From assembly GCA_013115125.1 (NCBI GenBank), contig JABANN010000017.1, positions 62,001-126,000 of the forward strand: DNA of 64,000 bases, read 5' to 3'. Of this stretch, positions 1 to 14,003 are shown piece by piece; positions within the stretch are counted from its first letter, which is position 1, and every line of letters begins with the position of its first letter. This DNA comes from Perkinsus olseni (lineage: Eukaryota). The notes below the pieces were generated by a model. That model worked only from the letters and a program-made list of their open reading frames with translations, was not told the DNA's origin and ran no database searches. The translations under genes were made by a program, and so were the position numbers.

Positions 1-1131
1 GGGTAATTCGGGACGACCGAGTCGGAGGAACTCTCTATACTTGGCGCTGATGATCAAGCCCCAGGAGCAACGTCTATGGCAACGCATGGCCACGACCATC
101 ATTAAAAATCACAAAGAGTATCCACAATCGCAGCAGTTAGAGTCAAGAACCCCATACTTAGCATGGGGTTGTTGAATACGCTCGATCACTATGTTTTACT
201 CAACAGTAGGCAACAGACTACTACCTTCACAGTAGGTTGGGCTGCTAGTATCTCCTTAATGCTCCTCCCTGCCCCTTCCTGTCTACACGCCATGTACGTC
301 ACCGCCAACAACCAGGGGTAGTTCGTCTTTCCCTTCAGCAACCCGTTGTCGTCCATCTGTTTTAGTATCTATGGACGGGACGAGTTACTCGGGAAAAAAC
401 TTCGCTCCGCCGCCACCTGGCAGCATCTAGTGTAGATATTGTCCGGCAAAGCCAGTGCGTCCATGATGTCCCTGAGTATCTTATGGCCCTTATTGAGTGT
501 ACGATCAACATTATCGCTGTTAACAGCTATCATGTGCGTGCGTGCTAATCTGCTATTACCAAAACCTGAGCAAAGATATGCTTCGTCGGGAACAGGAGAT
601 CCATCAACATTAAACTGAATGACTCATTCCTAGAAGTCACCAACCCACACTTATCCATCTCCCGTAAACTCCTGTAATATCACTAAGCAATAGTTTAGTC
701 AGCCAGGCCTACTTCTGTCAGAGAAGAGAAAGCCCTATCGACAACCCAGTGTGCTATCCACAGACAAACCCACTCTAGACCTCCAGATGAAAGGGCAGCG
801 AGACAAGCCCACGCAGAACGACAATGTTATTACCGACGCTCGTTCCAAGCCCTCCAGAGTGCAGCATATTATTAGTCGTCCCGCCCACACGATTCCTGTC
901 CGGTCCACTGCTGTCCGAGAACGTCCGCCATTCTTGCGAATCATCGATACACGACATCTCCAATATCAAACCACAATTACGGCAGATAACCGACCCTGAA
1001 GATGCGACGCAGCCTTCAACCTCAGATACCATAACCCCAGTATGACCTTGTGCATAGTCCACTACAATCTGAGTCTTCCCCTTGCACTCGGGGCACTCCA
1101 TAATATCCCGGGCTTGGACGTTGGCTGGCAT
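1..1131 (-). CDS. TFIIB: Transcription initiation factor TFIIB, multi-exon, 3' end runs off the window
   Basis: Zn ribbon MECPECK...VVDYAQG-SVICRNCGLILE, B-reader IDDSQEWRTFS..DRNRVG, cyclin-repeat segment LLAVTYMACRQEGAGRSIKEI; GT-AG introns. Confidence 0.93.
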
Positions 1132-1396
1132 CACCGAATGGCAAGTAGGAGGAGGAAGGAAACCAAGAAACTACCAACCATCGCGTGACAGAAGCCTCCC
1201 GAAGACAGCGTTCTTTCTCGAACCCCAACGCCCTGGTATTCCATTATCAGCTCAGCCGAAAGGTCTTCCTGTACTTTACTCAACAACAGCTGGCATTCCC
1301 GCAAGCATCAGAAACACATCACTCTGAAACCATGTGATTTTTACGATTGAATATACTGCTACTACCGCGGAAGACAGACAAAGTCATTGATAGATC

Positions 1397-3715
1397 TCAG
1401 AAGCCATGCATCATCTTCATCAAAGACGGCGGGAGGGGCGGCAGAGGGGCGGAGGAAGGAGAGGAGGAAGGTCGCGGAGCTGGGGGCGGCGGCGGACGAG
1501 GCAGGGGAGACGCGGGCTCATTCATACCAACTTTCTCCTCACTCGTGGTACCTGTACCAAAGCCTGCGCCTGCGGCCCTTCACTACACTGTCGCACCCTC
1601 ATCACTCTCTGCCTTCGCCTCTCGCTTCTTCTTCCTCTGCTCCCGCTTCAGCTTCCTCCGTATCGTTAACGGCGACTCCTCCGCAGGCTCACACACCTAC
1701 CACACTTTCCCTAACTCCAACCGACTAACCCCTATTGCAGTAACTCTAACACGCTACGAACAAGGCGAAGACCGGCAGTCAGCGAAAGTCGCCTATCACC
1801 TCATCAAGCGTGGCTCCATCCAACAGCATCGTCCGTGCCCTTACAAACTCGCCATGGAGGACCTGCCGAACGTACTCAACCCCTCTTCCCCGCCGCTATA
1901 TGTTACCTCCCACACTGCCTTGCTCATCGGGTTCACATCCTTCTTACTGATAGGGCATCTCATCACTAACACCGGCTCTTGTTGCGGCTGGGGCTCCTCT
2001 CCCTCTGTGCTCCCTCCCTCCTCATCTTCGAAGTACGAGATACTCCCATCGTAGCAAAGTATCTGCCCACCAGTGCAAAGGAGAAGCTACATTCCCTCTA
2101 TCGTACCGCCCCGTAACGAACTGAGATGTTTCCCCTCACGAAAATATGCAAGTCCATATTACCTCCGCTCCACCTGCCATTCTCTCGCTGCCATAAAGTT
2201 CGAAGAATTCCATCAACAGCTCCCCAACCGACTCTGAGTTATTCCGCAGTTCCGGACACTTGTCGAATATCTCCTCCCGAGAAGTCATGAAAGGGAGCGG
2301 CCGCAGAGTCCCGTCCATCCCGTCCCAGCCTTCACTGTTGGCCTCCTCGATGCTCTTACCACCACTACTATCGCCATCACTATCAGCCTCGCCACTTTCC
2401 AGCTTACTCTCACCTGCGAGTTGAACATTTCAAGCACTACACAGAAAATGCAACATGCCGGGATCGAACCCACGCCCTTACGCCTAATGCTGCCTACACG
2501 CCAGTCCTACGCTACCTTCACTGCTGCTTTCATCCTCTGCAGTAGCAAACAGCTCCATATCCTTATACAATGGCAAGATAGGATTCTGTCGAGTTTGTAA
2601 TAAATATACCAGTTGCAATATCAGCGTGTACTAAGGAAATGCAAGATCAGCAAGATTGGCAAGATGTCCCCCTCACCCTACCGTAGAAAAAGTCCCTTGA
2701 CTCCGATTATTAATTTGCCTGCGTTTGGCCCAGTACTTGATGACCCTACCCAGCACCCATCATCCCCCTTCCTCCCCTCCGCCGCTGCCACCTACCTCCC
2801 CAGCGTCCTCACTCTATGATCTAGGTCAGTCCACACTGCCACCAACTGGGAGTTCTCTATCGCTACAGTATTATTGATCGATATATCCAACACCTACTCC
2901 GACACCACTACCAATGCCTTATGCCAGGTGTCCTACATTCTTTCCGTCGCTATCGAACACTTTCGCTACCGGCACCCGAGCCCCGCGGATCAGCATCACT
3001 CTGGCTACGTCCTTGGCCGTATCAGCGGGGGCCGCCATCATCAGCCGATTCAAAGCCGACTTGATCGCTTGAAGTTTCGAGACGCATATCTAAACCCGTA
3101 CAACTCCTTTCCCACTTCGCAAAGATACGTTCAGCTCCACAGATCCTAGACAGTTCAGCAGGAGCTCCCCCAGTTGGAAATCACCTGTTTAGTCCGGGCG
3201 TTCTTCAATACCATACAAGCATCGATATCGGACCCATTAACCCAGAATCCATTCTCGCAGGAGCCGAAGGTAACCAATGACCCGCCCAACCTCGCCTCCA
3301 GCAGCGGCCGCACAGCACCCATCAGCCGCTGAAAATCGGTAATTTCGTGGCGCGCGGTCAAGCATGAGCACGCGGTCAAGCACGAGAGCACTCTTACCTT
3401 CTTGTGCATATACTGCTCCACTGGGGGCATCAAGGAATTATCAATACCCACCACTTCCCCCGTCACCCTCCTACGCTGCTCCGCTTCGGGAGTAGACCGG
3501 CACAGACTAAAGCAGCAAGCATCCAACTGCACATCACCCAACCGACATCATCACCTTTCCGCTGCCTCCGATAGGGCCCCTCCTGCTACTCCTATTCCTG
3601 CCGCTGTCGTCGTCGTCGTCGTCGTCGTCGTCGATGTGGCATGGTTGAGTAAGGCCACACTCAGCCGCAGCAAGGCGCTAGGGGCTGCTGTTACTGCAGG
3701 CGCTGTATGAAACAT
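1397..3715 (-). CDS. Non-canonical poly(A) polymerase / terminal uridylyltransferase (Cid1/PAPD family), multi-exon
   Basis: Pol-beta motif TFGSCENGFWVNGSDIDAC, DISINNTVAIENSQLV, IYYLQTRQNPILP, PAP-associated SVGELLMEFFELYG; start MFHTAP inferred. Confidence 0.85.
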
Positions 3716-3789
3716 GAAGAAACAAACTGGCAAGGAACAATATTATAACCACACTGAGCTCAACAAATCCGACTTCGAATAATACACCT

Positions 3790-4430
3790 TTAGTAGACCA
3801 TGATGACACTAATGATCGGAGGAGTTCCTTCAAGCCTTCGACTGCGACGTCAAAGGTGGTAAACTTGAGCCCTCCCTGGCCTCCTTGTGCCGGACCAGAG
3901 GGGCTAGCTCACTGACAGAGTCGCCCTGCCGTACCTGAGCTGTAATGTGAGGAAAGCGGAGGAGGGCCGCCTCACAAGAGCAAGATGCTCCTGCAGCTCC
4001 GTCAACTCTGACATCACTCGTTCGCCGAACTGAAAAATGTAGTATCCGAGGATCGATCTCAGGACCTTCCGCTTCACCTGATTCAACTGACGCACCCTCT
4101 CAACTGCGTGGACAGACTGTTCCCCAATCTCCTGCCGCAACTGCTGCATGTTCTCCATATGGCTCTCCTTCAACCGCCGCACCAGTCGCTGCCACTGTGC
4201 CCTCTCACCAGCCATCCTCTCCTGCGTGAAATGTCGGGCACGGTCCGAAAGCGGACAGCCCCTACGCACCTTCATCTCCTTATTCGCCTTCCTTATATCT
4301 GCTGCTTGCGCGAATACCTTTCCTAGCCTAAATGACGACCCTCTACGGAGACACTAGCGCAGGGACACAGTCACGAACGTGTATCCAGAAACAAGGACTC
4401 AACCCGAGCAACAAGTCGCCGTTGACTCAT
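3790..4430 (-). CDS. Hypothetical coiled-coil protein, multi-exon
   Basis: Helical exon RHFTQERMAGERAQWQRLVRRLKESHMENMQQLRQEIGEQ with flanking splice signals; ends approximate. Confidence 0.5.
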
Positions 4431-4559
4431 GACTTTTCACAAGTGTTACAGCTTCGCTGAGCGGCAACCAGTGTCACCGGCGGTGACAGTCACTGTAAAC
4501 AGTGACAGTGTCACTAACATTATTTTTTTAACCAAGCTCATCCCACTAAAGGTCATCAC

Positions 4560-5711
4560 CAATGGAAGGGAGTACATCCCTTAATTCCGATAAAAACACG
4601 CATCCTCCTTCACGACCACACACACGGCGAGGCCATCTCACGACCTCTGTTTCATCATCAGCTTCTCCTCCCTCTCCCTCACTAACTGGGCCTTCAACGA
4701 TCGCACTTTCTCATACAGCTGTCCCTACGCTGGTATCACTGTAGACCAGAAAAGACGTCATAAAGTTACTTTCCCTGCTTTGGTAAAGTTCAACGCCTCC
4801 TCTTTAGCCTGCTTGGCTTGCATTAGCAGCAGCGTCACTTCCTTCATTTTCCGAGCCTGCTCCACGGTCCAGCCTACCACTTGCGACGATGACGCCTCCG
4901 GGGATCGAGCTCGGGACCTACCGCCCTCGTCCCCTTCACCATTCGTAGCTGCTGTTATCGCCCAGGACTGCGCTGAAAAACGACCCACAATTCATTCAGT
5001 TCCGCCCACCCTATTAACTGCATCAGCCTGACGGCCAAGTATAACTCCACTCCAACTGCCCACACGCAAGATAAGCAGTGGCATCTCACACCGCTCTCCG
5101 TCCACCGACCACGGGCTCGATTTAACCGAGACCGAGCAGCGCAGCAGATGGTCGATGCTCAGGAAGCTGGCATCTACTTCTAGCTCAGGTACCTCCTTAC
5201 TAACGGCTCGTTCATCGAGACCGGCAACTCCCGACACAACACAGCATTTAGGCCCCTCATGATGATACCCCCGCCCTGCTCACTACCGGTCTGGACTATC
5301 CGTAACGTGCTCTCCAATTCCTCTACTTTATCCAATAGCTCCTCATTCTCCCGTCGGAGTGCTGCAACTTTCCTGCAAACACCAGATACTACTCCAGCGA
5401 CCAATACGTGCCTCTTACGCTCGGACAAAGTCAAGACTGCGATGAGGCACCCCAGAGGCAGTGTATCTAGGAGGCAACAATACAACAGAGGAAGGCTTCC
5501 TCCTGAGACCTTTCAAAATCCACTGCGCCGGTCAGATCGGACAAGCACATTCAGAAGTCGATGATGCCCAGGCGGTTCCGAACACAACCTACAGGGAGGC
5601 TGTTGCTGCCACTGCCTGAGCCAGAGGATCTCCTTCTAAGTCATTCCGGTCGGTATCGGGTGGCTCTCCTTGACCAGAGTCGATACACGAGTCCGCGGTG
5701 ACGGAGTCCAT
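4560..5711 (-). CDS. Hypothetical protein with short coiled coil, multi-exon
   Basis: Exons KVAALRRENEELLDKVEELESTLR and WTVEQARKMKEVTLLLMQAKQAKE separated by GT-AG introns; ends approximate. Confidence 0.5.
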
Positions 5712-5963
5712 TGGCCGAAAAAGACACCAGAATCAACAGCGGTACCCTCATCCACCCCTCCGGACGGCAAGAAGTCGAAAACGTCTTATTAAGCACATTA
5801 GAAAAGTGATCAGACGACTAGCCAATTGTGATTGTGGTGGTGATGGTGATACTAGTCCAAGTTAGTACATCAGAGAATGTAACGATGCTGTAGTAGTTCA
5901 CTCATCGATAGTGAGAGCTTTCCTTTCCAGCTTTCTGACACCTCTAGCTACGATGACGACAGC

Positions 5964-7233
5964 TCAGCAGGCCTTCCACCAGATGATGAAGAGGAAAAAT
6001 ACTAGGAAGATTGCCATGGTCGCGTGCTTGCGGAACATCGCCTGAAAGCAGCGGCAAATCACGAGCGACTCCAGTAGCCGAGCTTGTTGCCCCGGAGCAC
6101 CTGCAAATTGATCATCCTGGCCTTTTTCGAGAACGACTTGCTTGCATCCTTCAAGTCGTTAGCTCTTCTTCCGACATCCTCGAGCTTCTCACCTGATCAT
6201 CCACGAGAAGCATTCAGAGAACCCCGAACGGGCCTACTCCCCTTCATCCAAGCGATGACAAGGTCGAATACGCACCACGGTAGTCCAATAGCGGCGAAGC
6301 TGTTCAACACACTGAACACTTATCTCTTTTCCACCAATCTATTCATTGCTCTTAGTAGCGTCGAGCCAAGGCCGCCACAGGTCGCGTCAGCAGCGACCGT
6401 AGTACTACCTCTTGTTAATATATCATCGATGTTCTTCTGCATGATGCTGTTGACCTCCGTAAGGCTATCATTCAACCTGTTCAGCGCCCGAGTCGAGGTC
6501 GGGTCCCGATAGTCATTCCGCCTCTTCGTTATCTGCCGATCTGACCAACACCGGCACCTCCTTATGCGCAACATCTAGCGCTTCGCTCCGCCTTACCGAA
6601 AGATATGAAATGATAAGGCTTGGTGATAGCCTCTATATGCTGTCGGTAATCTAAGCTATCAGTGGTGCCAAACTCCCTCGCCAACTCCTCTACGAACGCT
6701 TGCCGGATTTCCTAACAGGGATGGGATTTCCCGCAATGCCCTTACCGGAGCAGCTAGTACCTCCAAAAACGAGAAGGCCAGCTTCTTCGGGTACCTCTGG
6801 TCACACAGCGTCATGTACACTATACCACCCTCCGTGATGTAGCTACAAAAACGTCACCGATTATCTAGCGGAGACAAGCACATGATAATAGCTTCCTTAC
6901 TGGAAAACATATGCTCCTGTATCGATAGAGCATTGTGGTGGAAACGAATTCATATGGCGGAGCAGCTGCTTGGCCTGAAGACGAATTTCCTATTCTCCGT
7001 GAGGCACAGCAGATCAGCCGCGAGAAGAAGACCTCCGTTGCCCAGCGAACAGAAATGAAGCTCCATTTTCCCGAGACTGTTCCCTGTCTACGGAAGCCTT
7101 CTCCACCCAGACTATGGTGTATTATTACCTGTTGCTTATACTTAGCCATTGCCTGCCCTTCCTTACCGCCATCCCAGGTCTCCGTGAATATGAGCCCATC
7201 CGATACGCGTGCTATGAATGTTAAGTCGCACAT
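5964..7233 (-). CDS. SEC22: Vesicle-trafficking R-SNARE Sec22 (longin + SNARE + TM)
   Basis: MCDLTFIARVSDGLIF, YPKKLAFSFLEE, KPYHFISFD, LTEVNSIMQKNIDDILTRGEKLED, C-terminal TM IFLVFFLFIIWW. Confidence 0.93.
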
Positions 7234-7764
7234 GATAAGAGTAAGCAACCCCTGCACATGCATCATTGCCATACAAACCTCCCTACTCTCCCCGATTCAA
7301 CACAACAGTGTCCCCATTATATCGTTCGACAGAAAATAGAGATCCTCTCACAATATGCAGCCTTGCACTGCTTGTGCTGTACTACATCTCAGATCACCCT
7401 GTAATCGCACAACCCTAGTACCAAAGGCATCCCCAATTCGGCGAGCCCCAGGCTCCCACGTCAAGTTCGCTCCGGCCTCCTTCTTCCACTCCCTATGATG
7501 GACATGTACAAAAAAGAAAAGCAGCTCTCCCAAAGCCGCAAGCCAGCCAACTCAAAAGCCAGCCGATCTGTCGACACGCTTGGAAACCCTTTCCTAGTTT
7601 GCTGAAGCGAGACGACGGGAGGATCTAGTGGGGGGGCAACAGAGCCAACGTTAAAGCGAAGCGTAATAGTGCGCCTACGAAATGCCCAGTAGTGCAGCGG
7701 CTATCCAACGGCGAAGGAAACGATACACGACTCGCAGAAAGCAATGATACGCAGGGAACTGCGG

Positions 7765-7805
<41 letters not shown>
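7765..7805. repeat. (TGA)13 microsatellite
   Basis: Perfect trinucleotide run in intergenic/UTR DNA. Confidence 0.95.
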
Positions 7806-8010
7806 GCAGTAATGGTTATAATATAGTGATAGTTACAGTCGACGAGCTAGTGTATCGAAAAGGCCACTGCCAGCACCAGATGACTCCAATTTCTTCTCAC
7901 CCTCGACAGAGGGGCGGCATTTAGCCGACTTCTGCCGTGGAGACCCTCGCACCTTCTCATAGTACCTGATAACGCCCCTCAAGCGTCGAAGCAGCTGTCA
8001 GCAGCAGCTC

Positions 8011-9956
8011 CTACTCGTTCGGCCAGGAGTTCTCATCGTGTTCATCGTAGGGCCGCTCCTGATAGTCGATGTGAACGAAGGCTCGCTCGACCCGATCGAG
8101 ATCCTCGATTTTATGCTGCAGCCCCATGCCTAGCACACAGCCAGAACTCGAAGCCCATCACGCGCTACACCACCATCCACTACCGATATCATGGCTTTCC
8201 CTCAGCTGATACGTCTCCGGCAGGACCATCTCCAGTTCAACCAGGAAGTTCGGGCCGAAATGATACGCTCGGATGATATCAGCATACCTTGCGCAGTAGA
8301 AAGATGCAAAGCCTAGCGTGTAGGGGAACAACAAGCTGAAGACCCCAGAAGCTTACAGCTCGGGATGGTACTGATTGGCGATCTCCCTGATGTTAGCTAG
8401 GAACTCAGGATCCGCCGATCGACCTAAAACACCCAAAACTGAGAGCAACCATGGTGTGCACAGCGCCAATACCAGCAATCATTGCCGCCTGCTCCTTCCC
8501 GGTCTCAATCCATGATCCGATAATGTACAGTGAAATAAGTATCTGAAGGCCATTCCTGTACTCGATCCAACAACCGACGACGAGATAGCAAGGAAGCAAA
8601 CAGCTAGCTGAGCAGTCGATGCTACCTGCAATACTTCAAAAATTTACTGACACCTCTAGCTCCCAGCTTACAGCGGAGGTCGAATCCACCCACCAGAGTT
8701 TAGGGCTTTCATATGCCGCCCATGCTGCCAAGACAGCGCCCGTATTGGAGAAAACCTGATCGTCCCCATCCGTACTTCTCCTCACGATTCGAGCAGGAGC
8801 TACTACATCGTTGATATGGTCTTGAGCTAATGCCTTCACATTCTCCGAGTTGGCCTCTTCCCCCACTTTACGACAGTAGAAATACCTGCGCATGGATTCG
8901 AACCTGCCTCCAAGCGCACCATCTAGAATTACAGAGCTGTTTTAGATGCAATGGCCACGATCATAATAGCGGCGACCAGCGGTGTCATCTCCAGCGGGGG
9001 AACTTTGTCCGTACCTGAAATCGCCCATAACGTTCCGACTCCCCAGCAGAGCCTGAGCCCAGCTCCTAGGGTATTACCGATGTACTCCGCCAAGACCCCA
9101 GCCGACTCCCGTATGACCTCAATGGATGCCATGCCCATCCAGCATGCACAAATTACCTACTCGGATCGATATTGGAATCCTTTTCACTGCGCCGCGATAT
9201 TACCACGCCTAGAGGCTCCAAGCGCCTCTGTCCAGCAGGGTAAGTCTCGTTGTATGAATGGTTCGCCTTATGTTCCGTCCACCAGAGTACCTTGACGATG
9301 CTCTCCCTTCCCAGTACAGCCGTCCGTCGCTTACTAATTGTGAAAGTAAGTCCAATAGAGAGTCAACTAGGGAGGCCAGGACCTGATGTAACCCTAGAGC
9401 GATGAGGTCCATAGATAGAACAGCTGCTGGGACTCACCGCGAGCGAGCCACTCTCTAGGAGGCAGACGGCCTTGGCCAGAGTGAGAGCTATATTTACAAC
9501 GAGAGAAGAGTGTAGAGCCACTCGAATATTCATAGACTCAGGCCTCTTCTGAACCTAATAGACGTTGGATGATGAGGTATCCGGTTCAATCCCTGGTCCC
9601 GGTATTACATGAGGTGCCGGTACTATAGACGTCTCGCCAGATTCCGAAGGGGCGTATGTGACGGTGCCTTTATGAAGACCTCAACAACAGGCTCGTAGGC
9701 AAGAAGGGACGTTACCTCCGTACGGGTTGACAACCTGTGTTATGTTGGACCTTGGATGGAGGCGAGGTGAAGGAGCAGCAGCGCCACTGTCCGACCGAAA
9801 TGACCGGAGCATAGGCTCGGCAAGGCCTAACAAAGAAGCCGCATACCAAACTTTTCGTAAATCGTGAGACGTGGTACTCCGCTGTGAACTCTGATCTCTA
9901 AAGGAAGAGTAACAGGTAGAGTTACACGACCGAATGCCGTCGAATTGGCTTGTCAT
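8011..9956 (-). CDS. Cation diffusion facilitator / metal tolerance protein (Mn-CDF-like), multi-exon
   Basis: LASLVDSLLDLLSQ, ALAQDHINDVFSN, IRAYHFGPNFLVELEMVLP, ESHDIGMGLQHKIEDLDRVERAFVHIDY. Confidence 0.92.
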
Positions 9957-10500
9957 GTCAAGGGAAAAATTCTAGTAGCTGACTGTGGAACGTATCCAAG
10001 GTTCGAGATGTGAAGATACAAAATAGGTTAGATACGAGCGCTATAAGTCCTTCGTTTTACATCCGTTGAAAGACCCAGCGTGCATCTCCGGAGAGTAGCT
10101 GCTGTGACGGTTGTCTTGAAGGTCCATAGGAGGCGGCTAGACGCAGCTGAGAGCGTAGCGAGTCCCTCGACCCGACTCATTCACAGTTCCAACAGTCCTA
10201 TTATGCGGCCCAGCAGGTATCATGATCTCCGCTAGCAAAATTTACCCTAGCTCCGCGTAGCGTCCACTGTGGGAGCACTGAACTCGCCATCTTCCGCGGG
10301 TCACAGAAAAATTTCTCAGGGCGCGCGCGAAATGCAAATGACCCGTCGTCGTCGTCACCGCTGGCACGATGATGTGAGCAGGGTTGTTCCAATAGTGTCG
10401 TAGTTGAATATTGAAAACATGTCGTCTTCATCACCTGTATCAGGCTGTGGGAGCTCCTCTATGCGGCTGACCGCTAGAGGCTTCCTGGAGAAGCAAGGAG

Positions 10501-12079
10501 ATGATTTCAGAGGTTAGGTTTCCTGCTCAACCCAAGGGCCCTTCACTGGACGTCCTGTCAGGTGCCTCGTCGGTGACGGACGAAGGCCCACAGTGTAACG
10601 TCAGAACAGCTACACCCGCTGCTAAAAGGCCCAATAATCAGGGAGCGTAGGGAGGGAATTGAACCTGGGATGGCAGCATGATCTTTGTGTTGGCTAACCT
10701 CTTAGTCTGCGGCCCCATGGGACGAGCTCGTTGGGCTCTGGTGACAGCAGTGGTGCCTGGAGGAGCACCGTAGAGGACAGATTTGGCGATATGGTAGATT
10801 CAGACGATGATGATGTAATGAAAGGGCGGGGATAATTAGGCGGAGCGAGGCCGGCGGCGTATCTTTAGGAATCCGACAGTGGCAGCGTATCTTCGAGCTC
10901 ATATGCTGATTCTTCTGATGTTGACGAGCTCAGCAGCCTCAGAGATGAGCTCCGTGTTGGCCTCTCAGTAAAGATACTTCGAACCGAGGATTCTGATAGG
11001 ATTTGCGGTAAATCAGGTGAAGCGGCTTGAGACTCAGCTGAAGGCTTTGAGAGTCAGTCAGACGCCTTCCTCGGGCAGCACGAGCTTCAATAAGATACCC
11101 AGCCTCAACATCGCGGGTGCCGGTGCTGGACTAGGGTACAACACCGGCCAGGCCATGCGGCTCAGTGACTTGCACTTCTGTACGAGATTCCTGTCATGCT
11201 GCTTGAAGCCACACGACGACGGTACTTTAGGTACGTTCTTAGTTGACCCCTTGCCGGACCGTGCCACTATTCTACTAGCTAGTTTGGAGATGTGCTCCGC
11301 GTTGCGATGCAACTACTCCGAAAGTAGTCCCCGATAGTGTGGGGAAAGGCCTCACTTGAGGATGTCAGTTACTAATTACCCCTTTGCTAAGCTCCATCGA
11401 CGTCGCCTGGACCACGAGATTGTAGGGCACGCGCCAACCTCGGTGACTGGTTGATTGCGGCTCCCGAGGGCAGATACGAAAATTCGTATTGAAGTGTCGC
11501 AGCAGACAGAAGTATCTTGAGATGTCCGACTCCAGTACGAATCCCAGTGGCGATACCAGCATTACTCTGGTGTAGTGGCAGAAGGAATCTTAGGTTGAAG
11601 CGTGTATCTTGTGAATTCAGTACTGAAGTGAATCGCTTCGACGACCCTACCCAGACGCTGGAGGTGCTCTTGCATGGCGTGGCACTGCCAATGTCCGAGG
11701 TAAGGATGGTGGTTATCTTTCGAGCGGAGCGAAGCACTTAATGTTCAGCGTCTTTACCTTCTCTTCTTCGCGGCTGATCTGTCCCAAGCAGCCCCTCCAT
11801 TACGGAGGCGGTTGGAGGTCCTTCGCGTGGATGCACCTGGAGATGGTGCTGATTCTGCAGAACTGGCCCGCCAAAGAGAAGTCGTTACTATGGTACCTCA
11901 GGGCTTGCCAGTGTCAGCTCCCTTCTTCGACTTAGTCTCTCGATGACGAGGTTCACTCTCTGCGCACCACAAGCGGCCAGGATATACTTGTTCTATCCCT
12001 TCAGGTCGTGACGCAGCTGATCAATCGCCTGCAGGAGGAAGGCTTCGCCGAGGCCCAACTGCTGCAAGTGATCCAATGA
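10501..12079 (+). CDS. Hypothetical protein, multi-exon
   Basis: Exon-like segments (VKRLETQLKALRVS, VVTQLINRLQEEGFAEAQLL) separated by GT-AG introns; no family recognised. Confidence 0.4.
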
Positions 12080-12295
12080 GCAGCCCATCCGTCACCACCT
12101 TGCTGTTTGCCACTGTATTATTTATTCCATCTGCCCCCTGTTTGTCCCCATTCTTTATTATTTCCGGTTTCTGTCCACCAGTCTGTTCTAGCGAGTTGAT
12201 CATCATCGTCCCCTGGGCTGAGCTCCTCTGGTAGTTCCTTTCGTCCTATCGTCTAGGGCGTCGTTGTCGTCCATTCACTACTACCTCACTACAGC

Positions 12296-13629
12296 ATGCT
12301 CGTTCCAGTATCGGATGGGTAATTTGATCCCTTTCTCGGTGGCCTCGAGCTGATCTTTGTGCAGGTCTGATGTCTACATGAGCGTACCTGTCCCTCCGAC
12401 CCACGCTGCACTCAAATACCGGAAGTATCTTGACGTATCCTTTGTGATGCTAGTAATGTTTGAGGTCGACCTGCCTGTCGAGGAAGATTCTAGGTATCTT
12501 TTATCAGGTGGTGTTGTCCTTCGGGCATATGATTTACGGAGATGGCTGGGGTGCGTTGCTGGACATCATGTTTGCTCTGCTGGGTTATGCTACTTTCCGA
12601 AGGTGATGCCTGACTTAGCCGAGTTCTCGGACAGTCGGGATCCGCTGTCTGATATGCTCTAGAAGGGACCGGTGTTGTGTATGAGCGCAGTAGTATGTGT
12701 CTAGTGGTTTGTGTCTCTCTCTGTATATCCAAAGGTCCCAAGTTCGATCCAGATGAGTTCACTTTTTTCTCCACTAGGTGGCTCTTGTCTGGCATCGCAT
12801 TCTATTCCTTTCTCTGTGCCTTCAACTGTGGTATTGACGTAGTCGCCACCATCAACGTCGGCATGAGTCTCGAGGTAGTGGTAGTGTACGTCCGGGTGGT
12901 GAGTGTCACTCCTCTGGGGCTTGGTCAGGGCATGGACCAGAAGACCCATGATTCTCTGAAGCTAACTACGGGGCTGGAAGCAGTTATACTTGGCACGATG
13001 ATCATGGTAATGGGACAGAAAGGGGCGTCACCGTTGCAACTTCGGCTATTTCCCGAAGGTGTGGTATCCAGTATGTGAGAATGTCCTCACTTTGTCAGGA
13101 TACTCTGGTGATGGGGGCCTGCTTAGTGTTCTCGTGCAAAATGTAATAGGGCAGAAGTTCCGGAAAAGTTGGTATGGGAGCGTCTTCCCAGATACACCGA
13201 TCTGCGAGCCAATCTCTACACGCAGCTAATCGGCGGTGGTAGGGACCATCCCTCCGCCCTTCCTATTCGCCGAAGACCTTCTTTCCATATCAGGTGGCCC
13301 TGACCCCACCGCAGCCTCCGCCTTCTACCTGGGTGGGGATGGGCAACAGAGTGCGGGCCAACAGCAACAACAACAGCAACCCTTGGGTATGCCACTATTG
13401 CAGCAACAACAGCCGAATGGTGGACAACCTCAACAGCAGCAGCAGCCGAGCAGACAGCAGACTAGTAGTACAGCGGGGGGGGGTTGGGAAATGTACGCGT
13501 CGTGCTTCTAGAAGGGTCATTGAGCATAGAGGAGAGGGCCTGCGTGATGGTGCCTGATGGATCCATGCCGTAGGTCAACATCCACAGCCGTTCATGCCGT
13601 TCCAGGGCCAGGCCCATAAATTGGATTGA
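12296..13629 (+). CDS. Hypothetical multi-pass membrane protein with Gln-rich tail
   Basis: Hydrophobic exons (LDVSFVMLVMFE, WLLSGIAFYSFLCAFNCG, LEAVILGTMIM), poly-Q linker, end QPFMPFQGQAHKLD*. Confidence 0.6.
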
Positions 13630-14003
13630 TGATGGTTGTGATTACAGAATCCACTGTGGTCCATAAGGGTGGATATCAGTTTCGGTGGTGGCAATTTTGT
13701 AACTCACTTGAATAGGAAGAGGGACATCACTATTTTGTGAGGATTGTCGTATTCCGACTCTAGTGCGGTCTTTGCGTCATGTTTGTTCATACCACTCCAT
13801 TCCCAAATCACAGCTGGAGGATGTCCAGCGATGAAAGATGCTGCAGCGGGTTGTACCAGTATATTTTCCTGTCGATAGATGCAGATCTTCTCAATCAATG
13901 ATGCTGGTGATCATTTTGAAGTGGTTTGATCGTGGCTGTTCTACTTCTGTATGCTTTCTACCTCGCCCCCTGTAGTGTTACGTATAATCAATTCCGCCCT
14001 GAC

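Noticed and set aside
1347-2054. 235-aa plus-strand ORF
   Set aside because: Antisense shadow of the nucleotidyltransferase 3' exons
9581-9600. CCGGTTCAATCCCTGG B-box-like word
   Set aside because: Appears to lie in CDF coding sequence (PGIEPD); like the match near 16860 it shows loose versions arise by chance, so it was not counted
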